From Candidatus Saccharimonas aalborgensis (GTDB lineage Bacteria > Patescibacteriota > Saccharimonadia > Saccharimonadales > Saccharimonadaceae): 32,000 bases of DNA. Below the pieces are notes generated by a model that ran no database searches, was not told the origin of the DNA, and saw nothing but the letters and a program-made list of their open reading frames with translations. The stretch lies in assembly GCF_000392435.1 (NCBI RefSeq), contig NC_021219.1:210001-242000 (forward strand), read 5' to 3'. Of the stretch, positions 21,287 to 28,355 are shown in pieces; within the stretch, counting starts at the first letter, position 1, and the number at the start of each line of letters is the position of its first letter. A program made the translations under genes and the position numbers.

Positions 21287-21844
21287 ATGAAAAAACGTTC
21301 ACAACTCATCATCATACTTGCCTGCCTCATTGTCGTTGGCGCTGGCGTAACGTTCCTGCTGTTTTCTAAACGAAGTGATACCCCTACAAATACCGGCACA
21401 AATGACATCACAAAAGCCTTGCGCTGCGACCGCGCAACCGCGGACTACACCACAACCGACCCGCTTTGCACCAACACCGATTATGCCCGTCAGCTTTTCG
21501 AGCGGGGCATAACCTTTGGCGTGAATGTGCCGGGTACTGGCACGAAACCCTCGCAGGTAACACTGGTTGTCATAACAAATGGAGCAAAGGCGCAGCCGCT
21601 CGCCCGTACCCGCGTGAAGGTTTCGAGCGAGGTCAAGGTACAGTGCATAAAAGCACCATGCAACCCCGTCAGCGAAGTACTCACCGAAGCGACAACGGAT
21701 GAGTTGGGCGTCATCAGCCTGCCGGCCCTACCTTCCGGCACCGAACCGCTCATAACGCTCATCGTCGAAGCCGATGGCCACCCCACCAAACGCGAAAGCA
21801 TTATGCGCTCCGATTTGGGGCAGTATTTAGTCAGGATTGACTAA
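21287..21844 (+). CDS. membrane-anchored secreted protein, possible CarboxypepD_reg/prealbumin-like beta-sandwich; unknown function
   Basis: MKKRSQ followed by a TM helix and four Cys. The C-terminal part (RVKVSS...TTDELGVISLPALPSG...LIVEADGH) resembles small beta-sandwich domains. An alternative ATG is at 21269. Confidence 0.55.
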   Translation: MKKRSQLIIILACLIVVGAGVTFLLFSKRSDTPTNTGTNDITKALRCDRATADYTTTDPLCTNTDYARQLFERGITFGVNVPGTGTKPSQVTLVVITNGAKAQPLARTRVKVSSEVKVQCIKAPCNPVSEVLTEATTDELGVISLPALPSGTEPLITLIVEADGHPTKRESIMRSDLGQYLVRID

Positions 21845-22092
21845 GGCTGAAAGAAACTGCAGGAAATAATCGGGGTCTAAATCGCTTTGAACGTCAGCGT
21901 GACACCCACGGACAATCGCTTTCCATTTGTCTGTTGCGCTCGCAGGTACCCCGCAGCCCATCTTCTGATGCGCGGAACAAGTCGCCAACACTTCTAGCTG
22001 ACCAATGGCGATATCTTTCTTACCCGCCTACAGGCACATAGGTTAGCCTACTCACATGCAGTATATCTGCCGCTTATTGGTATTGACTATTA

Positions 22093-22620
22093 CTATCTAT
22101 CCTTAACGTACACGACTATGCCTGACTTTTGATCATGAACAATTACGCCGCTACGGTTAATATATTTCCAAAGTCTTTGGGCAGCCCATAAGTCTCCAAC
22201 TGATCCGGTAAAGTTAACTATAAACACAAGTGAAAAAATATGTTGATACATGGGTAGTACTACAGATAGCATGAGAGAAAGCACAGACAAAACGACAAAA
22301 GGCAAACATCCCGCTATCAGCATTGGCTTGACAGACAGGAGCCGGTTGGCGGTTACATAGAGAAACCCAAAACCAATGCCAAATGCAGGTTTCACGCCTG
22401 CCAGCAAGAACCCAACAGCATGGAGAAGCTCATGTACGACCAAAGTCATGCAGAATACAATAATAAATACACCTAGTCCTATGGGTGTTCCATTACCGTC
22501 GCCGACAATATTGTTATATACTGCACCACCCAAAAAGGCCACCGCCAGTCCGACAACCTGCAGCACTGCTAGGCTTTTTGCGGACATCTTGATTGTTTCT
22601 ACCTTTTTCATAATTTTCAC
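22093..22620 (-). CDS. DUF3267-like membrane protein (putative zincin, HExxH)
   Basis: Polytopic, with HELLHA within or just after a TM helix, as in the DUF3267 family. Confidence 0.65.
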   Translation of the reverse strand: MKIMKKVETIKMSAKSLAVLQVVGLAVAFLGGAVYNNIVGDGNGTPIGLGVFIIVFCMTLVVHELLHAVGFLLAGVKPAFGIGFGFLYVTANRLLSVKPMLIAGCLPFVVLSVLSLMLSVVLPMYQHIFSLVFIVNFTGSVGDLWAAQRLWKYINRSGVIVHDQKSGIVVYVKDR

Positions 22621-22788
22621 TATACCATGTTCATGAAAATTATGGGTTTCACCCCCGTAACATGCCGGTCTGTACTATTGAGATTTACATAATTTTTATA
22701 CTATAGGCATGACCTTCTGCACACGCAAACGTTACACCATATGACAATCTCAACCTCGATGTGAACGTAATGCTCGAGCGACAACAGG

Positions 22789-23445
22789 TCAGCGCTTTAC
22801 CTCGATACCTGCCATGATGAGCACCCCATCGAGATAGAGTATCGGCGCATCTTTCGAGTGAACGGGGCTTGTTTTGTCTTCTATGCCACCCATCACCATA
22901 ACAGCGCGAGATTTCACGATGACATTTTCGGGTACGCGTAGCTCCACTCCACCCATAAACACAAAAACGTCAAGCAGCGCGTCTTTTTTAATAGTTGCCT
23001 TGCTAAGATCAATTTCGCTGCCGCCCATCACGGCCGTCACCTTACCGCCACGGTAGTCTGACGACGTATTTTTGTGCGAACTGCCACCGAGTATTGCAGT
23101 AATATCTTCGTCATTTTTTTCACTCACTCGCCGAATAGTAGAACCGGTGCTTTGACGCAATATCGATAAGCCAATAGCCACTAAAACCGCTGGGAAAAAG
23201 ATGTCACCTACACTTACCCTTGCGATATCGAGCGTGTTTACCAAAAAAAGTACCCCAAGGCCCGACACAAACAAACTCCAGATGTAATTTTTGCTGTCAT
23301 TAATTAGCATCAGTAGTCCCGCTCCGATAAGCAGTAGGGGCCACCAATCAGCAAACACAGGACCAAAGTTCAATACGTTAATATTTGAGAGTAAGATCAT
23401 GACACCCGCGAGGATGATAGTGATGCCCGTGATAATTCGTTTCAT
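22789..23445 (-). CDS. LiaF-like / cell wall-active antibiotic response domain membrane protein
   Basis: N-terminal TM helices, then a C-terminal repetitive beta region (GGSEIDLSKA......DVFVFMGGVELRVPENV....AVMVMGGI) typical of the LiaF/DUF2154 C-domain. Confidence 0.7.
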   Translation of the reverse strand: MKRIITGITIILAGVMILLSNINVLNFGPVFADWWPLLLIGAGLLMLINDSKNYIWSLFVSGLGVLFLVNTLDIARVSVGDIFFPAVLVAIGLSILRQSTGSTIRRVSEKNDEDITAILGGSSHKNTSSDYRGGKVTAVMGGSEIDLSKATIKKDALLDVFVFMGGVELRVPENVIVKSRAVMVMGGIEDKTSPVHSKDAPILYLDGVLIMAGIEVKR

Positions 23446-23545
23446 AATACAATTATCATATCACCCATCGAGAAAAAGCCACACCACGCTTCACTACAAC
23501 AAAACTAATCCATGTCTCAGTCAGGCCCTGGTCGGTAGCTCTTCT

Positions 23546-24028
23546 TTACATATCTGACACAAATGTACGTTCGTAGTGACAGGTATACCCACCGGGGTGC
23601 TTTTGCAAATAATCTTGGTGATATTCTTCGGCCGAGTAAAACTGCGTCAACGGCTCCAGACTCGTCACGATCGCACCGTCCCAGCGAGGCTGCGCCCGCC
23701 CAATCGCCTGTGTGGCCGCATCTTGCTGCACGTCATCAGCATAAAATATCGCTGAGCGATACGACTCGCCAACATCATTTCCCTGACGGTTTACCGTCGT
23801 GGGGTCGTGGATACGGAAAAAATAATCTAACAGTGTTGCTAGTGTCGTCTGAGATGGATCGTAACTAATCCGTAGCGCCTCAGCGTGACCAGGATGATGC
23901 TCATAGGTTGGATGGTCATTGCTACCACCAGTGTAACCGACTTCTGTGTCGACAACGCCGACTTGCGCGCGAAACAGCTCCTCCATGCCCCAAAAACATC
24001 CACCAGCTACAACGATTTGTTCAATCAT
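23546..24028 (-). CDS. msrA: peptide-methionine (S)-S-oxide reductase MsrA
   Basis: AGGCFWGME active-site motif, GYTGG, HAE......D. ATG 24028 (MIEQIVVAGGCFWG) is preferred over the TTG at 24058. Confidence 0.9.
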   Translation of the reverse strand: MIEQIVVAGGCFWGMEELFRAQVGVVDTEVGYTGGSNDHPTYEHHPGHAEALRISYDPSQTTLATLLDYFFRIHDPTTVNRQGNDVGESYRSAIFYADDVQQDAATQAIGRAQPRWDGAIVTSLEPLTQFYSAEEYHQDYLQKHPGGYTCHYERTFVSDM

Positions 24029-24049
24029 ACATTTAAGTATACTAGGTGT

Positions 24050-24427
24050 ATGAAACAACCCATAAATCCCAGTCTAAACAGTGCGCAAGTTGCGGTACTC
24101 CGTGACAAAGCAACTGAGGCGCCGTTTAGCGGCAAATTTTTAGAGCTAAACGAAAACGGTACTTATGCCTGCGCCAACTGCAACACGCCCTTGTTTGCAT
24201 CAGATAACAAATTCGACTCTGGCTGTGGCTGGCCGAGTTTCGACGATGCGCTGCCAGGCAGTGTTGAGTTCACCGACGACACTAGTCACGGTATGCAGCG
24301 TACAGAAGTGACTTGTAGTGACTGCGGGGGCCACCTCGGCCATATCTTTGAGGACGGCCCATGCGAAACCACCGGCAAACGCTACTGTATCAATTCATTG
24401 TCACTCAGTTTTGCCCTGAAAAAGTGA
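24050..24427 (+). CDS. msrB: peptide-methionine (R)-S-oxide reductase MsrB
   Basis: Two CxxC pairs (CANCNTPLF, CSDCGGHLGHIF), GCGWPSF, catalytic RYCINS. ATG 24050 (MKQPIN); the long track ORF upstream is antisense to msrA. Confidence 0.9.
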   Translation: MKQPINPSLNSAQVAVLRDKATEAPFSGKFLELNENGTYACANCNTPLFASDNKFDSGCGWPSFDDALPGSVEFTDDTSHGMQRTEVTCSDCGGHLGHIFEDGPCETTGKRYCINSLSLSFALKK

Positions 24428-24506
24428 CTGCGCCACGGGTCATAACTATGGGAGTTTAGTGCCGAATCTGCCAAGAGTATAATCAGTAGCGTAGGAGGTA
24501 AACAAT

Positions 24507-24767
24507 ATGAGCAAACAATGCCAAAGCTGCGGGATGCCGCTAAGTACCAAAAAAGCAGGTGACTGTCGTGGTACAGAAGCAGACGGCACCAAGAGCGAGA
24601 AATGGTGTAGCCTCTGCTACGAAAATGGTGCGTTTATTGGACCAGATTGCACGCTCGATGAGATGAAAACAATTGTTGACAAAGCATTGGTCGAAAACGG
24701 CAGCGGCCGACTGATGCGTTGGCTGGCGCAGAAACAACTTCCCCATCTCGAGCGCTGGAAAACGTAA
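24507..24767 (+). CDS. putative zinc-ribbon domain protein (Zn_ribbon_2-like)
   Basis: CQSCGMPL...17 aa...WCSLCYENGAF pattern. AGGAGG SD 7 nt upstream of the ATG. Confidence 0.7.
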   Translation: MSKQCQSCGMPLSTKKAGDCRGTEADGTKSEKWCSLCYENGAFIGPDCTLDEMKTIVDKALVENGSGRLMRWLAQKQLPHLERWKT

Positions 24768-24789
24768 AAAGAGTCCAGCCTACGAGTTG

Positions 24790-26100
24790 CTAGTTTGAGC
24801 CGGCTTGTGCTGCCCTGTACTTGTGAGTCAACGACGTATACGCCCGCGATCGAAATGCCATGAGGGCTGCAATGAGCATGATGAGACTTGCACCCATAAA
24901 TACGAGGGCCATACCGCGCGCTTCGCCCTGCCCGACCAGCCAGCCCCAGGTCGCCTTGCCTTCAGGGCTTGCCATGTACGGAATGATCCAGAGCTGCGCA
25001 ATCGGGCCAATCATGTAGGCCGAGACGGGTGACGCCGCGGCTTCGACACTTTGCCCAAACCCAAACACGCGACCTTGTTTTTTGAGCGGCACGATTTTTT
25101 GCAGTGTCGTTTGTTCGGCCGCTTCGATAACTGGCACCGTCGACATATAGGCAAACATACTGACCGCGAGTAACCACAACGACTCACGGATACCCATAAC
25201 AAAACCGATGATCCCGACGACGACGTTACCAAGCAGCAGCACGCGTAGCGGGTTTTTACCTAACCCCATTTTAGCAACGAGTGCCCCACCAACCATAAAC
25301 CCAAGGCTCGAGATTGCATAGACAAATCCCCACATCTGCACGCTGGTAAGTGTCAATCCATACGGATCAAGCAATGTCATAAAGACACCACCGACTAGAT
25401 TGTTAAATGTTGCAAATAATATCAGTGCCAGCAGGCCCGGCACGGCTTGTATGGCCGACCATGCGCCTCTGAAATCAACCAGTTTCTGTTGGAGTTTGGG
25501 GTCGTGAATGATCTGCTTTTCGTTGATTGTTACAAATAGCAAGTCGATGAGAGCAAAAAGCGTCAGCGCAATTGAAATCACCAGCGTCCAACCCATGCCG
25601 AGGTAGCCAATGGCCAACCCGCTAAATATCGATGTAATCATAAAAGCCAGACCCTGCACCATGCCGACGAGCCCGTTGGCGTTCGCGCGCCTATCTTCAG
25701 GAACCATAATTGTCACGCAGGTACTAAGGGCAATATTGCGGCTATTTTCGACGATACAGCCGCACAAAATAATCGTTGTAAACAACCAAAACCACGGACT
25801 ACCTATTGTAAGCAGCTGCTCATGAGGCACAAATACATAGATAGCGCCGCCTAAACCGTACATAAGTGCCGTTATGGCAGATGCGACCGTCATAACATGC
25901 TTTTTATGAAAGCGGTCAACCAATGTTCCGAAAAACAACCCGGTGACCGCCAGCATCAACATATAACTACCGCCAAGGATTGCTGTAGCCATAACATTTT
26001 TCGTCTCTAAATATACCCAGAATGTCAGTGCAAACCACAAAAAGCTGGTCGTGACGTTGGCGATGAGCGTGTTTACGAGTAGACGATAGAAATGTTTCAT
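24790..26100 (-). CDS. MFS transporter (drug/macrolide efflux-like, 12 TM)
   Basis: About twelve hydrophobic helices, G.L.DR..KK motif (GTLVDRFHKKH) after TM2. ATG 26100 is preferred over the TTG at 26130. Confidence 0.85.
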   Translation of the reverse strand: MKHFYRLLVNTLIANVTTSFLWFALTFWVYLETKNVMATAILGGSYMLMLAVTGLFFGTLVDRFHKKHVMTVASAITALMYGLGGAIYVFVPHEQLLTIGSPWFWLFTTIILCGCIVENSRNIALSTCVTIMVPEDRRANANGLVGMVQGLAFMITSIFSGLAIGYLGMGWTLVISIALTLFALIDLLFVTINEKQIIHDPKLQQKLVDFRGAWSAIQAVPGLLALILFATFNNLVGGVFMTLLDPYGLTLTSVQMWGFVYAISSLGFMVGGALVAKMGLGKNPLRVLLLGNVVVGIIGFVMGIRESLWLLAVSMFAYMSTVPVIEAAEQTTLQKIVPLKKQGRVFGFGQSVEAAASPVSAYMIGPIAQLWIIPYMASPEGKATWGWLVGQGEARGMALVFMGASLIMLIAALMAFRSRAYTSLTHKYRAAQAGSN

Positions 26101-26268
26101 ATCAATCCAGTATAGCTGACAATTATCCAACCGCAGTAATTGTCATTATAACTGCGCCAGTGCCAGTACTCAGCTCACCACTACAATTTCAAACTACGTA
26201 GTCTAGGTATTATTCGCATCTCATGGCACAAGGAACATGAACAATATTTGATTAATATAAGTACTAGC

Positions 26269-26297
26269 TTGCAAAACAAGTTATCGTGTGCTATATT
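26269..26297 (+). promoter_or_regulatory. putative sigma70-type promoter of the padR operon (TTGCAA-17 nt-TATATT) with overlapping imperfect inverted repeat
   Basis: -35 TTGCAA at 26269..26274, 17-nt spacer, -10 TATATT at 26292..26297, ~37 nt upstream of ATG 26335. The inverted repeat AGCTTG-caaaa-CAAGTT overlaps the -35 and could be a PadR operator. Confidence 0.45.
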
Positions 26298-26334
26298 GCT
26301 TTACAAGATAGCGACAGACTATCAGAAAGGTTGC

Positions 26335-26664
26335 ATGGAATTAAATAGCCAACTACTAAAAGGCGTCCTAGATGGCGGAATACTACTTGCAATTTCAGCC
26401 CGTGGCGAGCTGTATGGGTACGAATTGTGCAGTGCTCTTGCCACATATGGTTTCGATACAGTTCGGAGTGGTAGTATTTATCCCGCCCTGCTTCGCCTAG
26501 AACGAGATGGTCACATAGACTCAGTACTACGCAGCTCGCCTGTCGGACCAGACCGTAAATATTATCGTATAACCGAAAAAGGAATCGAATATATGCAACA
26601 GTTCATCGAATTCTGGGAGTCCATGAATCAATCAATAAACCAACTCATTCGGGAGGTACAATGA
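26335..26664 (+). CDS. PadR-family transcriptional regulator
   Basis: LLKG.LD..IL.......LYGYEL...L........S.G..YP.L.RLE.DG.I........GP.RKYY.ITEKG is the canonical PadR wHTH. ATG 26335 follows an AAAGG SD. Confidence 0.85.
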   Translation: MELNSQLLKGVLDGGILLAISARGELYGYELCSALATYGFDTVRSGSIYPALLRLERDGHIDSVLRSSPVGPDRKYYRITEKGIEYMQQFIEFWESMNQSINQLIREVQ

Positions 26665-27311
26665 AAGACAATACCAAATTACACACGCTTCAAGCAGTGG
26701 TTAACCAGCTTGAGCCAGAAAACAAACAGGTCTTTAGCTATATTAAACGCTATGTAACAGACCAAAGCCTATACGAGCAGAAAGCAACCGAAGGAGTGCT
26801 GATCGAAATTGCATCTCACTTTTATGAGGCCCAAAAACAAGGTATCAAAGCCAAGGAGGTCGTCGGGAATAATCCAAAAAAATATTGTAGTGAACTTGGG
26901 CTATCCCTTGTACGCAAACCGTGGCGCTTCGCTTTAATGCTCGGCGCTGCTCTGTCATGGAGCGTTTTTCTAATTCTTTTTCTTAGCGAATATGCACTCA
27001 ATATGTATGGCGTCAGATCGCCATTCAGTGGACAAAACCACTTACTGATCTTATTGACACCACTAGTTATTTTACTGCTACTCGACTTTATATATGATGC
27101 TTTCCGTAATACGGTCAACCCGATACTGTTAAAGGTCTTACTGGCTGCTGCCTCCATATCTGTCATCATAGCTATCGTACTTTCTTACGAAAGAGCAGTT
27201 GAGTCTTTTCCTGAATTTACACAATCAAATATTTCACTTCTAATAATTTTCTTGGTCACTCTGGGCTCATGGGGCCGGGTGTGGCGACACAGAAAAATTC
27301 ACTTGTCCTAA
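26661..27311 (+). CDS. PadR-associated membrane protein (DUF1700/DUF1048-like N-terminal helical domain + TM region)
   Basis: ATGA overlap with the padR stop. The N-terminal soluble helical part (..IEIASHFYEAQKQG..AKEVVG.NPK.Y..EL) is followed by 4-5 TM helices. Confidence 0.6.
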   Translation: MKDNTKLHTLQAVVNQLEPENKQVFSYIKRYVTDQSLYEQKATEGVLIEIASHFYEAQKQGIKAKEVVGNNPKKYCSELGLSLVRKPWRFALMLGAALSWSVFLILFLSEYALNMYGVRSPFSGQNHLLILLTPLVILLLLDFIYDAFRNTVNPILLKVLLAAASISVIIAIVLSYERAVESFPEFTQSNISLLIIFLVTLGSWGRVWRHRKIHLS

Positions 27312-27427
27312 GCTTCACAATCAACAGTGGCGTGTTTTATCGGCGCACATAACAGATTCATTTGTGACTAGGATACCAACGGGATTTAAGCAACTTAGCA
27401 CATAATCGCTCATTGTTGCCTTGAACG

Positions 27428-27772
27428 TTACTTTTTCGCCGAATCTGGATATGCCCTGTACCTCACGACTTTTTTCACCAGTTCAAGTGGCAAGGGTTGG
27501 TTGAGGGGAAACTGAACGGAACCTTTGCCCTGTTTGTACGGCGCAAATTCTGCTTTGAACGCTTCGTGACCGTTTGGTGTAGCGTAGAACCCGATGTGGT
27601 TTTTATACCCAGCAAAGTAAACGAGCGGCTTACCGTGTAGTTTGTATGCTGGCATGCCATAGGCCATCGATTCTTCGGCGTCTGGTGCAAGTTCACGAAT
27701 AGCTCGGCGCACGGTTTCAAGCCGTTCACGTACGTCGCTGTGGAATTGTCCGATATAGTCGTCAACTGTCAT
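27428..27772 (-). CDS. DUF1801 (YdhG-like) domain protein
   Basis: VDDYI......R..L..VR..I....P.AEE...YGMP.YK..GK.L.YFA..K.HIGFY pattern. Confidence 0.8.
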   Translation of the reverse strand: MTVDDYIGQFHSDVRERLETVRRAIRELAPDAEESMAYGMPAYKLHGKPLVYFAGYKNHIGFYATPNGHEAFKAEFAPYKQGKGSVQFPLNQPLPLELVKKVVRYRAYPDSAKK

Positions 27773-27780
27773 GATAATGA

Positions 27781-28185
27781 CTAGTGGACATACGCATTAC
27801 GAATCATCATACGCAGAATTGACTCATCGATATCGGAAAGTTTTTTGATATAAAGGCAACCCTTGCCGCGCGTATGCGGACCGAGCTTTTCAAGAAGTTG
27901 GTTGTTTGGTTCGTTTTCGTCATAAAATACGAGTCCGTAAAACACAAATGCTGCTTTACGCGGTGAGAAGCCGACCTTGAGCATATCGCCCTCACGACCA
28001 GACTCGTACTTATAATGATAGCTGCCGAATCCAATCATACTCGGCCCCCACATGACCGGTTCAACCCCAGTCACTTCTCTCATAATTGCCACTACTCGAC
28101 GGGCTTCTGACCGTCGTGGCTCGGCGGCTGTGTCGATAAACTCATCGACACTGACGTCTGTTGGTTTCGTTTTGTTCTCAGTCAT
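27781..28185 (-). CDS. DUF1801 domain protein (second paralogue type)
   Basis: KPT.VSVDEFI......RR.EA..V..IM...TG..P.MWG.SMIGFG.Y.YKY.SGREGD. ATG 28185 (MTENKTKPT) is preferred. Confidence 0.75.
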   Translation of the reverse strand: MTENKTKPTDVSVDEFIDTAAEPRRSEARRVVAIMREVTGVEPVMWGPSMIGFGSYHYKYESGREGDMLKVGFSPRKAAFVFYGLVFYDENEPNNQLLEKLGPHTRGKGCLYIKKLSDIDESILRMMIRNAYVH

Positions 28186-28296
28186 CGCGTCTACCCATTC
28201 GTACTCCTTGCACCTAGTATAATTATTATACACTAGACACTGCGCCCTATGGGGTAGAAGTAGTCGCTTAGAGGTATTTCTGTCATACCCTGTCCA

Positions 28297-28326
28297 TTGA
28301 CGCCGGATAACGATAAGCTATATAAT
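28297..28326 (+). promoter_or_regulatory. putative sigma70-type promoter of the surface-protein operon (TTGACG ... TATAAT)
   Basis: TTGACG at 28297..28302, TATAAT at 28321..28326 (18-nt spacer; alternative TATATA with 16 nt), then a GAGGAGG SD at 28341..28347. Confidence 0.45.
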
Positions 28327-28355
28327 CATGAATAACATTTGAGGAGGAAAACCGC

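Noticed and set aside
20534-23445. Treating CPBP protease, the secreted beta-sandwich protein, the DUF3267 zincin and the LiaF-like protein as one envelope-stress or bacteriocin-immunity system
   Set aside because: The genes are on different strands with separate intergenic regions. Each family is common and individually explicable, and there is no clear bacteriocin precursor or shared regulation.
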